A DNA stretch of 24,212 nucleotides from the IMG/VR virus record IMGVR_UViG_3300037755_000118, positions 1-24,212 of that record. One strand, written 5' to 3'. The notes under the pieces were generated by a model. The model was not told the DNA's origin. It was given only the letters and a program-made list of their open reading frames with translations, and did no database searches. Source of the DNA: a virus. Lineage: Duplodnaviria > Caudoviricetes. Positions 1-7,888 of the stretch are shown here, piece after piece; position 1 is the first letter of the stretch; every line of letters begins with the position of its first letter. Position numbers and translations under genes: made by a program.

Positions 1-967
1 GGCGGAGGGGTATACGACGCTGAAGAAGTCGGGTCGGGCGTGGATGGGGAAGTGTCCGATACCGGGGCATGTGGACAGCACGCCGTCGTTCGCGGTGTAT
101 CCCGATACGCAGAGCTGGCACTGCTTCGGCGCGTGTGGGACGGGTGGGGATGTGATTAGCCTGGTGATGCTGGCGGAGGGGTTGAGTTTTAAGCTGGCGG
201 TGGAGGTGCTGGGGGGAGAGAATATACCTCACCCCCCAGGCGGGCGACCACATGGGGTCGCCCCTACAAAACGACGCGAGTCTGATGATGGGTGTAAGCC
301 GCCGGATTCGGAATGGCAGGGGGCAGCGCGGCAGGTGATCGCGGCGGGGGAGCATATGCTGTGGTCTGATGTGGGGGAGCGGGCGCGGCGGTGGCTGATG
401 GAAGTGCGGGGTTTGCGTGAGGAGACGATCCGGCAGGCGCGGCTGGGGTATGTGCCGGGCGGGTTTAGCGAATGGCAGACGATGGCGGGGTTGAGTGTTC
501 CGTGCGGGGTGCTGATCCCCTGGCTGATTGACGGCGATGTGTGGGGGCTGAAGGTGCGGCGGTCTACGGGGAAACCGAAGTATCAGCAGGTTGCAGGCGG
601 TAAGCTGGCGCAGGGGCTTTACCGGGTTGACCAGGTTGAAAGCTGGCATACGGTGCTGATTGTGGAGGGGGAGTTTGACGCGCTGGTGGTGGCGCAGACG
701 TCGCGGCTGGTGGTGCCGGTGGCGCTGGGGAGTGCTTCGAATACGCTGCGGGCGCACTGGATGGGGCGATTGGTGTGCTGCCCGGCGATCTATGCACGGA
801 TGGATAAGGATGACAGCGGGCAGAATGCGGTGCGTCGTCTGCAAGCGATCAGCGAGCGGGTGCGGGGGGTGCAGGTTCCGGATCCGCATAAGGATTTGAA
901 CGATTACTGGCTGGCGGATGGGGATGGTTTCCGCCAGTGGGTGCGGGCGTTGGAAGTGTTGGAATGA
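1..967 (+). CDS. DNA primase-like protein (CHC2 zinc finger + TOPRIM), 5'-truncated
   Basis: The frame is open from position 2 (AEGYTTLKKSGRAWMGKCP...H...TPSF...WHCFGAC..GGDVI), a DnaG-type zinc-binding domain. TOPRIM motifs IVEGEFD, MDKDDSG and KDLND follow. The true start lies upstream of the window. Confidence 0.9.
   Translation, partial: AEGYTTLKKSGRAWMGKCPIPGHVDSTPSFAVYPDTQSWHCFGACGTGGDVISLVMLAEGLSFKLAVEVLGGENIPHPPGGRPHGVAPTKRRESDDGCKPPDSEWQGAARQVIAAGEHMLWSDVGERARRWLMEVRGLREETIRQARLGYVPGGFSEWQTMAGLSVPCGVLIPWLIDGDVWGLKVRRSTGKPKYQQVAGGKLAQGLYRVDQVESWHTVLIVEGEFDALVVAQTSRLVVPVALGSASNTLRAHWMGRLVCCPAIYARMDKDDSGQNAVRRLQAISERVRGVQVPDPHKDLNDYWLADGDGFRQWVRALEVLE
242..267 (-). repeat. GTAG-family REP-like palindrome inside the primase linker
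   Basis: The minus strand reads GTAG-GGGCGACC-CCATGT-GGTCGCCC (tetranucleotide plus 8-bp stem). It is translated in frame as GRPHGVAPT. Confidence 0.75.
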
Positions 968-1155
968 TGCGCTACACGTACAAGGGTGATCGTTTAACGG
1001 ACGCGGCGCTGCGTGGGATGTTGTGTGATCCGGTGCGGCGTGGTGGGAAGTGCATCGTGTCGAATAAGATGGCGTCCGCGCTGGTGGTGGATGGCGAGGG
1101 CAAGCGGTACGTGGTGGCTCGTCGTCGGCTGCGGTTGAATGAGAAGAAAGGTTGA
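964..1155 (+). CDS. small basic hypothetical phage protein
   Basis: The ATG overlaps the primase stop (ATGA). Codon style matches its neighbours. Begins MMRYTYKGDRLTD. Confidence 0.7.
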   Translation: MMRYTYKGDRLTDAALRGMLCDPVRRGGKCIVSNKMASALVVDGEGKRYVVARRRLRLNEKKG

Positions 1156-1379
1156 TGATGGCGCACATCAAGCGGGATGGAACGGGTAGGCGATTGTGCG
1201 ATACGACGGGGTGCGATCAACCAGCGACGCACTATTATAAGGTTTACCGGGATGCTGTGGGGTGCGAGAAACACGCACTGGAGACATGCCGGGCGGGGCG
1301 CTCGTATGGGGTGTATGGACTGGAACAAACGATCCGTCCGCTGCGGGATGATGAGCAGTTTGTGACCGAAGATAAGTGA
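1155..1379 (+). CDS. hypothetical protein, possible Zn-binding (CxxxxC...CxxH)
   Basis: Start overlaps the previous stop, with AAGG upstream. Contains CDTTGC and CEKH motifs. Confidence 0.65.
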   Translation: MMAHIKRDGTGRRLCDTTGCDQPATHYYKVYRDAVGCEKHALETCRAGRSYGVYGLEQTIRPLRDDEQFVTEDK

Positions 1380-1390
1380 GTTTATGGAAG
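1370..1390 (-). repeat. dif-like junction site 1
   Basis: Minus strand CTTCCATAA-ACTCAC-TTATCT. Overlaps the stop of 1155-1379. Confidence 0.7.
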
Positions 1391-1407
1391 GGTGGAACTG
1401 AGGACAT

Positions 1408-2109
1408 ATGAACGATTATATTTCTGAGTATCCGGTGCAGCGTGGGTTTTCGACTGTCTCCGCGATTTATGATCTGGTCGCAGGGCGTGGGTTCATTGGC
1501 GGCAGCTACGCGGCGTTTATGGTCGCGCCGATGTCTGACCGGCGGGTGAATGGACGGGCGATGTTTGCGCCGTTTCTGCCGAATGATATTGATGTGTTCG
1601 CTACGAGCGGTGATGCAGCACGAGCGATTGCCAACGATCTTTACGACTGCATGGGGATGACCTGGGATATTGAAACGGATGTAGCTTACAGCATGACGCC
1701 TCAAGGGGATGAACCGGCTCTACCCGTCCAGGTCGTCAAGCCGCATCCTGACTGGAAAAAGTTTCCTGAAGACATTCTACAAAGTTTTGACATGGATGTG
1801 TGCCGGGCAGTATTGATCTCGCCGAATACGATTCTGGCTGACCAAAACGCAGGTGCAGATTTGGGTAAACTACTGCGGATTAATCACCCGCTGCGCTCGC
1901 TGAAACGTGTGCTGAAGTATCACGCTCGCGGGGTGAGCTTTAACGAATGGGAGCTGCTGAAGGTCTTCCGGGCGTGGGATCAGATGAAACCGGAGGATAA
2001 GCAGGCGTTGATCGACGCGCATGATCCGCAAAATAAACTGGGTTCAAGTTCTTACGATGGTGATCCGTATGACTGGTACGATGACGACGACTGGTTCGAG
2101 GGTGAATAG
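1408..2109 (+). CDS. nucleotidyltransferase-like protein (pol-beta superfamily)
   Basis: GAGG RBS. Motifs FIGGSYA...PNDIDVF (hG[GS]...DxD) and FDMDVC, as in CCA/poly(A)-polymerase-like head domains. Very acidic C-terminus. Confidence 0.65.
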   Translation: MNDYISEYPVQRGFSTVSAIYDLVAGRGFIGGSYAAFMVAPMSDRRVNGRAMFAPFLPNDIDVFATSGDAARAIANDLYDCMGMTWDIETDVAYSMTPQGDEPALPVQVVKPHPDWKKFPEDILQSFDMDVCRAVLISPNTILADQNAGADLGKLLRINHPLRSLKRVLKYHARGVSFNEWELLKVFRAWDQMKPEDKQALIDAHDPQNKLGSSSYDGDPYDWYDDDDWFEGE

Positions 2110-2137
2110 TCCAACGACCTGCCGATAGGGTGGTGAG

Positions 2138-2173
2138 GAGCGCAGTAGACTATAGAGTCCGCTGCGCTCTTTT
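2138..2173 (+). terminator. intrinsic terminator-like hairpin
   Basis: GAGCGCAG (2138-2145) pairs with CTGCGCTC (2162-2169), followed by TTTT, just downstream of the 2109 stop. Confidence 0.65.
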
Positions 2174-2178
2174 GGTTT

Positions 2179-2209
2179 GCCGATTTGCCTATATGGAGGC
2201 GGTTACACT
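2179..2209 (+). promoter_or_regulatory. putative promoter, GCCGAT-N19-TACACT
   Basis: One of six GCCGWT-N17-19-(-10-like) motifs. Precedes the HTH/terS genes. Confidence 0.55.
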
Positions 2210-2232
2210 GTAGGGGAATATAGGCAAGGTGC

Positions 2233-2490
2233 ATGAGGGATTTTGGCGTGAGTACGTTTGAATTTGCGGTGCTGCGGGCACTTCACCAGGCGAAACGGGA
2301 TTTGCGGCGGTCTGTTCCGACGTATGCATTACAAGCGCGGCTGAATGTGATGATCCCGGAGCGGACGCTGCGGTATCACCTGCGGAAGCTGGAGATGCGT
2401 GGGTATGTGGCGCGTCCAGAGGGGCATCGCAGCGGGTGGGCGTGCAGCCTGCCTGTCGAGCGTGGGTTACGGGTTCGGTTAGCAGGATAA
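2233..2490 (+). CDS. winged helix-turn-helix DNA-binding protein
   Basis: AAGGT RBS. wHTH-like pattern PTYALQARL...PERTLRYHLRKLEMRGYV. Confidence 0.7.
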   Translation: MRDFGVSTFEFAVLRALHQAKRDLRRSVPTYALQARLNVMIPERTLRYHLRKLEMRGYVARPEGHRSGWACSLPVERGLRVRLAG

Positions 2491-2557
2491 GACTTTCGTA
2501 TAGTGAGGATTGATCGCCCAAAAAGAGGGCGATTAAGTCGGAATTGTCACACGACCT

Positions 2558-2974
2558 ATGGGAAACAAGGCACTGTTTACAAAAACTGAATTCCGCCTGG
2601 CGATGGAGAACTGCGACGGGCACATTGGCGTGCTCGCCGAGCGGCTGAATGTGACGCGGCGGACGGTCTACCGCTACCTGGAGAAATTCCCTGAATTACA
2701 AACTGTATTAAAGGCGGAGCGTCGGAGCGGGCGGGATGAGATTGTGGAGCTGGCGCAGACGAAGCTGGTGCAGGGCATCCTGGCGAACAATGACCGATTG
2801 ATTATGTTCGCGCTGCGGCATTATGACGCGGACGGCGTGCCGGGGGCGGTTGATCTGGGGAGTTTGTTTGCCCCTGATGTGCTGGAATACCTGAATAATC
2901 AGGGTGTGCAGATGAGCGATGTGGTGAAGTCGTTCGAGAGCATGATTCGGATGCAGGCGGAGAAGGTGAAGTGA
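2558..2974 (+). CDS. probable terminase small subunit (N-terminal HTH)
   Basis: HTH (LAERLNVTRRTVYRYL) followed by a helical region (ELAQTKLVQGI...IMFAL). Size and position upstream of terL fit TerS. Confidence 0.65.
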   Translation: MGNKALFTKTEFRLAMENCDGHIGVLAERLNVTRRTVYRYLEKFPELQTVLKAERRSGRDEIVELAQTKLVQGILANNDRLIMFALRHYDADGVPGAVDLGSLFAPDVLEYLNNQGVQMSDVVKSFESMIRMQAEKVK

Positions 2975-3012
2975 CCCCCACCCCTAGCCCCTCCCCCATA
3001 AAGAGGGAGGGG
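2975..3012 (+). repeat. C-rich/G-rich REP-like hairpin repeat, copy 1
   Basis: CCCCCACCCCTAGCCCCTCCCCCATAAAGAGGGAGGGG. Near-identical copies at 7444, 21478 and 22283. Confidence 0.85.
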
Positions 3013-3089
3013 AATCATTGAGGCAGTGTGTTAATTCGGGAAGCTGCCCGGCGGAAGAATATTTGTACAAGGTTCATTATCGCAGCGGG

Positions 3090-3110
3090 TGATAAGAGCA
3101 TTTATGACAG
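3090..3110 (-). repeat. dif-like junction site 2
   Basis: Minus strand CTGTCATAA-ATGCTC-TTATCA, 8 bp before the ATG at 3119. Confidence 0.8.
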
Positions 3111-3118
3111 GTTGAATT

Positions 3119-3481
3119 ATGAGTGTGACATATGAGGGCAGACCGGGCGAGCATGATCTGTACATCGTGCGGGGGGACACGTACCAGCAGACGTTTGTGT
3201 ACGAGTCGCCGGAGGATACGCCGGTGGACCTGAGCGCGGCGGATGCCCGGTTTCAGATTCGGGCGAACGTGCTCACTGAGGATGTGCTGCTGAGTGCGGC
3301 GTCGCCGGGTGAGATTACGCTGGGTGCGGACGGATCGATTGTGATTGAGGTGGCGTCTGGTGTGACCGAGGCGCTGGATTTTGACAAGGCGCGGTATGAC
3401 CTGGAGGTGACGCTGGCGGATGGTACGCGGCGGACGCTGCTGCATGGCAAGATGACGCTGATTAAGGACGTGACGCGATGA
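3119..3481 (+). CDS. virion structural adaptor protein (BppU N-terminal-like beta-sandwich)
   Basis: Pattern RGDT...F...PVDLS...RFQIR...YDLEVT..G...TLL.G is common in small phage proteins encoded just before fibre genes. Stop overlaps the next start. Confidence 0.6.
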   Translation: MSVTYEGRPGEHDLYIVRGDTYQQTFVYESPEDTPVDLSAADARFQIRANVLTEDVLLSAASPGEITLGADGSIVIEVASGVTEALDFDKARYDLEVTLADGTRRTLLHGKMTLIKDVTR

Positions 3482-5130
3482 CGGATGTAATCAAGATCAT
3501 CGAGCCAGCAACCCGTGTTATACGCATTGCGGGGCTGCGGGGGCCACAGGGTGAGCAGGGTCCGGTAGGGGGGGAGATTCCGGGCACGCCGACGATCACC
3601 AGTTTTGCAAATGCCCAACACGATCATCTGGACGCGGAGGGCGGTGGGCAGATCACGGCGGCGGCATTGAGTGATTTCGCATCGGCGGTGGCGGCGAATG
3701 CGGCGGTGGCAGCGAATACGACGCATCGTGGTCTGACGAACAATCCCCATGCTGTGACGAAGACGCAGGTGGGGCTTGGGAATGTGCCGGATGTGGACGC
3801 CAGGGCGAGAGCTACCCACACGGGTACGCAGACGGCGAACACGATCAGTGACTTTGCATCGGCGGTATCTGCGAATGGGGATGTGGCGGCGGCGGCGGCG
3901 CATATCCTGGATACGGATAATCCGCATGAGGTGAACGCGGCGGATGTGGGGCTGGGGAATGTCCCAAATGTGGACGCAACAGCACGAGCGAATCATACGG
4001 GTACGCAGGCTGCCAGCACAATCAGTGACTTTGCATCGGCGGTATCTGCGAATGGGGATGTGGCGGCGGCGGCGGCGCATATCCTGGATACGGACAATCC
4101 GCACGAGGTGAACGCGGCAGATGTGGGACTGGGGAATGTCCCGAATGTGGATGCGACGAACGCCGATAATATCTCTTCTGGTACCCTGGATGCGGCGCGG
4201 CTGCCTGCGTTGCGGTTCTTGCAAAACCACTTCATCAACGGTGACATGGACATTCAGCAGCGGTACGCTGGAGCGCCGATTTCGTGCCCGGTGGCAACGC
4301 GCACCTACCTGAAGGATCGATGGTTTACGACGCCTACTGGTGCGACGGTGACGGCTAACCCCGACGTTTTGAACAATGGCGGCACGAAGGGGAGTCTGAA
4401 GATTACAGGGGCGACGAGTGCAACGACGGTGATTATTGCAGGTCAGTGTATTGAGGCTACTGCTGTTCCGGCGATCAAGGGCACGATTACGATCAGCGCG
4501 GCTATTTATAACGAGACTGGAAGCGCATTCACACCGACCTTATTGATCGAGACGGCTGATGCTGAGGACAATTTTTCCGCGACGACGAATCGATTGACGC
4601 AGGCCCTACAATCGTGCAGCAATGGCGCATTTACGACGGTTTCTCACACGGTGGACATCAGCGGCTTTACTAATGTAAACAATGGGGTGATGGTTCGTAT
4701 TCAGACGCCATCCGGTGCGCTGGATGCGAGTTCTAAACACGTTTATATCACTGAAATTCAACTGCTGAGAAGCAGTGTGTTACTGCCATTCCACGCGATA
4801 CCAACTGCGATAAGCCTGACAATGTGTAAGCGGTTCGCTGAGGTGCTTGGATCGGGGTTCACCGGTGTATGGCTCGGATCAACAGTTGTGAATGTGGGTG
4901 GGCAATGGCAGGAGAAGCGTGCTGCGCCGACAGCGACTTTGTTGACGAGTACACCCGCAGCACACGAGGCGGGTGTTACGGTGCGAAATGGGTCTGGCAG
5001 CAGCATTATCGCATCCAACCTGACGATCAGCGGGGGGCGTATTGCACTGGACGGGTTTACGGGTGCTACTGGCGGGAATATGGCAACGATTGACACTGAA
5101 CGATTAATTTTGTTAACAGCGGAGTTTTAG
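3478..5130 (+). CDS. tail (or head) fibre / receptor-binding protein
   Basis: Short collagen-like GPQGEQGP, repeated H...NPH.V....VGLGNVPN and RANHTGTQ.A.TISDF fibre motifs, then a C-terminal domain starting N.FINGDMDIQQR and ending LTAEF. Confidence 0.8.
   Translation: MTDVIKIIEPATRVIRIAGLRGPQGEQGPVGGEIPGTPTITSFANAQHDHLDAEGGGQITAAALSDFASAVAANAAVAANTTHRGLTNNPHAVTKTQVGLGNVPDVDARARATHTGTQTANTISDFASAVSANGDVAAAAAHILDTDNPHEVNAADVGLGNVPNVDATARANHTGTQAASTISDFASAVSANGDVAAAAAHILDTDNPHEVNAADVGLGNVPNVDATNADNISSGTLDAARLPALRFLQNHFINGDMDIQQRYAGAPISCPVATRTYLKDRWFTTPTGATVTANPDVLNNGGTKGSLKITGATSATTVIIAGQCIEATAVPAIKGTITISAAIYNETGSAFTPTLLIETADAEDNFSATTNRLTQALQSCSNGAFTTVSHTVDISGFTNVNNGVMVRIQTPSGALDASSKHVYITEIQLLRSSVLLPFHAIPTAISLTMCKRFAEVLGSGFTGVWLGSTVVNVGGQWQEKRAAPTATLLTSTPAAHEAGVTVRNGSGSSIIASNLTISGGRIALDGFTGATGGNMATIDTERLILLTAEF
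3667..4155 (+). repeat. 177-bp (59-aa) tandem repeat in the fibre shaft, ~2.8 copies
   Basis: ATCAGTGACTTTGCATCGGCGGTATCTGCG occurs at 3844 and 4021 (period 177), with a more diverged copy at 3667. Confidence 0.9.
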
Positions 5131-5131
5131 C

Positions 5132-5398
5132 ATGTATCAGCTTACAGATGGCAGTACGATTAAACGATTGAGTGATGGCGCGTTCATTCCTGCTGATCTT
5201 GGCAATGAGGATTACCGGGACTATCTATCGTGGATTGGGCAAGGTAATACACCATCCCCGGCAAAGGTGACTGATGTTGACATGCGTATGGCGGCTCGCC
5301 ATCAGGTGATTGAGGCGCTGACTGACCTGGCGATGGGTGAAGAGAACAAATCGCTGGGGCAGCTTATGCAAGAGGTGCGCGGCAAAATACGCGGATAG
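5132..5398 (+). CDS. fibre-associated small protein (tail fibre assembly/chaperone-like)
   Basis: MYQLT...IKRLSDGAFIP.D..N.DY..YL.W...GNTP.PA pattern, typical of genes directly after fibre genes. GGAG RBS. Confidence 0.65.
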   Translation: MYQLTDGSTIKRLSDGAFIPADLGNEDYRDYLSWIGQGNTPSPAKVTDVDMRMAARHQVIEALTDLAMGEENKSLGQLMQEVRGKIRG

Positions 5399-5402
5399 GG
5401 TT

Positions 5403-5423
5403 CGATAACGTGTTTTATGGCAG
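5403..5423 (-). repeat. dif-like junction site 3
   Basis: Minus strand CTGCCATAA-AACACG-TTATCG. Fills most of the 30-bp gap between 5398 and the terL ATG. Confidence 0.8.
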
Positions 5424-5428
5424 GGTGA

Positions 5429-6808
5429 ATGGACGCTGAATCGTTGGCGGCGGCGTGGGCAGAGCGTGTGACGGGGACTCCGGCGCACGTTTTATTTTCC
5501 CGGCGGGAGTGGGAGCTGCGGGGGAATAATGCGCGGCTGCATGAGTTGACTGAACAATCTGAGGTGCTGCTGGTGGGGGCTGCGGGCACGGGTAAGACGC
5601 TGGCGATCCTGGCGTTTTTGCATGAGGTGGCGCTGACGTATGCGGGGGCGCGTTTCCTGATTGTGCGTAAGGTGCGGGCTGACCTGGCGGATAGTGTACT
5701 GGTGACATTTGAGCGGGATATTCTGGGGGAGGATAACCCGATCTGCGCGAATGTGCAGCGGCTGTACCGGAAGGTGTACATCTACCCAAACGGCAGCGAG
5801 ATTGTGGTGGGGGGGATGGATCGACCTGGGCGAATCCTGTCGTCCGAGTATGACATTATCTATGCGGCGGAGGCGGTGCAGCTTGACCTGGAGGATTGGG
5901 AAACGCTGGTGATGCGTAACCGCTCGACGATTGTGCCGTTCCAGATGGTGATCGGGGATACGAACCCGGATCGTCCTGACCACTGGCTGAAAAAGCGGGC
6001 GGATGAGGGTCTGCTGGTGATGCTGAATACGTATCACCAGGATAACCCGAAGTATTGGGATAACGACGCATGGACGCCTGATGGGGTGACGTATGTGCTG
6101 GGTAAGCTGCACCGTCTGACGGGGGTGCGGCGGGCGCGTTTCCTGGATGGCAAGTGGGTGATCGCGGAGGGGGCGATTTATGAGGACTGGCGTGATCCTG
6201 GGCATGTTATTCCGCGCTTTGATATTCCGCGAGGGTGGCGGCGCTTCCGGGTGGTGGACTTTGGGTATACCCATGCGTTTGTGTGCCAGTGGTGGGCGGT
6301 GGACCCGGATGGGCGGATGTATCTGCACCGCGAGATTTACATGACGCGGCGGCTGGTGAGTGACCATGCGGCGCAGATTAAGGCGCTGACGGGTGATGAG
6401 AAGATTGAGACGACGGTTTGTGACCATGACGCGGAGGGCATGGCGCAGCTTCGGGCGGCTGGCATCCCGACGACGCCTGCTAAAAAAGCGGTGACGACGG
6501 GGATTGAGAAAGTGTCGCTGCGTTTGCGTGATGCAGGGGACGGTCAACCGCGACTGTATATCTTCCAGGATGCGCTGGTGGAGCGTGATCTCGACCTGGA
6601 GGAGAGCAAGCTGCCGCTGTGTACGAAGGATGAAATTCCGGGGTACGTGTGGGCGGACACGAAGAAGCGTGAAGAGCCTGTGAAAGAGGACGATCATGGG
6701 GTGGACTGTGTGCGGTATGGGGTGATGTACCTGGATGATCGTCAGGCGGCTGCTGCGACGGCGCGGGCGGTGGGTTTCCGGGGCGGGAGACGTGGGGGGC
6801 GGCGGTAG
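5429..6808 (+). CDS. terL: terminase large subunit (PBSX-like)
   Basis: Walker A GAAGTGKT, Walker B region YDIIYAAEA, coupling motif DTNP...HWLK, nuclease motifs VDFGYTH and DDHGVDCVRY. Confidence 0.95.
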   Translation: MDAESLAAAWAERVTGTPAHVLFSRREWELRGNNARLHELTEQSEVLLVGAAGTGKTLAILAFLHEVALTYAGARFLIVRKVRADLADSVLVTFERDILGEDNPICANVQRLYRKVYIYPNGSEIVVGGMDRPGRILSSEYDIIYAAEAVQLDLEDWETLVMRNRSTIVPFQMVIGDTNPDRPDHWLKKRADEGLLVMLNTYHQDNPKYWDNDAWTPDGVTYVLGKLHRLTGVRRARFLDGKWVIAEGAIYEDWRDPGHVIPRFDIPRGWRRFRVVDFGYTHAFVCQWWAVDPDGRMYLHREIYMTRRLVSDHAAQIKALTGDEKIETTVCDHDAEGMAQLRAAGIPTTPAKKAVTTGIEKVSLRLRDAGDGQPRLYIFQDALVERDLDLEESKLPLCTKDEIPGYVWADTKKREEPVKEDDHGVDCVRYGVMYLDDRQAAAATARAVGFRGGRRGGRR

Positions 6809-6839
6809 TGGTATCATGGAGAAAAACGCGGAGGGGAGC

Positions 6840-7037
6840 ATGGAACGTAATATCCCGATACGGTTTATCGCAGAACGTGTCATTGCGGGTGAAGCACAGG
6901 AGGGTGACGCGCTGGCGCTCGCTGAGTATGTGAAGCTCATAGAAGCGTATTCTAAGAGGCTCTTTGAATTAAGGGTGGCGCGTGCTGATGAGCTGCTGCG
7001 CCTTCGTGGTACGGATAACCCGATCCGTAGGGGCTAG
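6840..7037 (+). CDS. hypothetical protein (~65 aa)
   Basis: GGAGG at 6830-6834 before ATG 6840 (alternative ATG 6816). Helical-looking sequence. Confidence 0.55.
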   Translation: MERNIPIRFIAERVIAGEAQEGDALALAEYVKLIEAYSKRLFELRVARADELLRLRGTDNPIRRG

Positions 7038-7058
7038 TGATAAGGCGCTTTATGGCAG
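7038..7058 (-). repeat. dif-like junction site 4
   Basis: Minus strand CTGCCATAA-AGCGCC-TTATCA. Begins immediately after the TAG ending at 7037. Confidence 0.8.
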
Positions 7059-7061
7059 GTT

Positions 7062-7090
7062 GCCGATGCGGTTTTGAGGTGTGCTATGAT
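7062..7090 (+). promoter_or_regulatory. putative promoter, GCCGAT-N17-TATGAT with extended -10 (TGcTATGAT)
   Basis: Motif family member. The TG-n-TATGAT extended -10 sits directly upstream of the structured region. Confidence 0.65.
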
Positions 7091-7095
7091 GGGAA

Positions 7096-7436
7096 GAACG
7101 GAGATCGGCGCATATCGCGTCATTTTTGTTCGATGCAGTTTCCGGTCTGCTCAAAACCGGGCTTTAAAAAGCGGGGACAAAAATCGGCTTCATGCCGTGA
7201 GAGCAAACCTCCTATATCCCCGGACGCGAAAACCCTTTCATTAGGGAACGCCGCCGCAGCGATAAGAAACAGGCGTGACAGACCGGAGAGACGGTACGCT
7301 CCAGGCAGCGCGTTGGTGGTGAACCGACCTGGCGTGGACGGAAACCGCACGGAACACGCAGAGTTTGTCACTATCTCACGTGCTCCGGTAGTGAAAGTGG
7401 CTCAAAAGACCTTCGGCTATAGACGGGGGTCTTTTT
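7096..7436 (+). ncRNA. candidate structured non-coding RNA of unknown class
   Basis: Bounded by a promoter and a terminator, with no RBS-supported ORF. Many stems, including 7096-7105/7122-7131 (G-U rich), long-range 7141-7149/7279-7287, 7185-7188/7194-7197, 7233-7236/7243-7246, 7301-7305/7328-7332 and 7369-7375/7387-7393. Confidence 0.6.
7404..7436. terminator. probable bidirectional intrinsic terminator
   Basis: AAAAGACCTTCG-gctataga-CGGGGGTCTTTTT has an A-tract before and a T-tract after, between convergent units. Confidence 0.75.
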
Positions 7437-7443
7437 GATTCAA

Positions 7444-7483
7444 CCCCCACCCCCTAGCCCCCTCCCCGTAGACAGGGAGGGGG
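7444..7483 (+). repeat. C-rich/G-rich REP-like hairpin repeat, copy 2
   Basis: CCCCCACCCCCTAGCCCCCTCCCCGTAGACAGGGAGGGGG. Confidence 0.85.
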
Positions 7484-7486
7484 AAT

Positions 7487-7888
7487 TTATCGCCAGGTCT
7501 GGCGTCCTTTTTTGTGGCGGCGGTTGGGGTCGAAGGGGCGATCTTTGGGGGACTGTTTCGACTTTAGTATGTGTTGGCGGTGCTCGCGTTCGGTCTGGGG
7601 CTGCTCTCTCTGATTTGTGTAAGTATCCACCAAGTCTTTGTTCTCTTCCAGCCAGATACCCAATGGAATGACTACTTCCTTTAGGAGAGCGGCGAATACC
7701 TCTGTCATGTTCACGGCGAAGTCAACACAGACATTATTCAAATCAATAGTCACATCATAGAATGAGGGTTCGATCTTTTCCTCACTGGTTAGCGGTTTTT
7801 CCCAGGGCTGAGACACGAGGGTTTGTCCGTCGCCGATCTCGAATGTTTTACGGTTGGGGTTGTAAACAATGAGGTCTTTTGCATCCAT
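7487..7888 (-). CDS. hypothetical protein (antisense moron, ~133 aa)
   Basis: The only credible minus-strand gene. ATG 7888 has a GGAG RBS and its own extended -10. More AT-rich than its flanks. Confidence 0.7.
   Translation of the reverse strand: MDAKDLIVYNPNRKTFEIGDGQTLVSQPWEKPLTSEEKIEPSFYDVTIDLNNVCVDFAVNMTEVFAALLKEVVIPLGIWLEENKDLVDTYTNQREQPQTEREHRQHILKSKQSPKDRPFDPNRRHKKGRQTWR

Noticed and set aside
2513-2533. ATCGCCC/GGGCGAT hairpin before terS as a terminator or pac site
   Set aside because: There is no U-tract and no independent evidence of function.
3667-5130. Diversity-generating retroelement or shufflon acting on the fibre
   Set aside because: The repeats are in-frame tandem shaft units, not TR/VR pairs with adenine-specific differences. 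There is no reverse transcriptase, invertase or inverted alternative C-terminus.
5849-5880. TerL Walker B lacking Asp (IYAAEA) as a sign of inactivation
   Set aside because: The catalytic Glu and all other motifs are intact, so there is no evidence of pseudogenisation.
5492-6940. Long minus-strand ORFs (also 3253-4230, 10019-11383 and others)
   Set aside because: These are antisense shadows of GC-rich coding genes, giving Arg/His/Pro-rich translations with no motifs.
7037-7438. 133-aa ORF from the track
   Set aside because: The GTG start has no RBS, lies upstream of the promoter and overlaps site 4. The ORF runs through the terminator. The region is better explained as structured RNA.
7420-7455. 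GACGGGGGT...CCCCC resembling a tmRNA/tRNA 3' end
   Set aside because: There is no TTCRA T-loop, acceptor stem or CCA. It is the terminator arm followed by the REP-like repeat.
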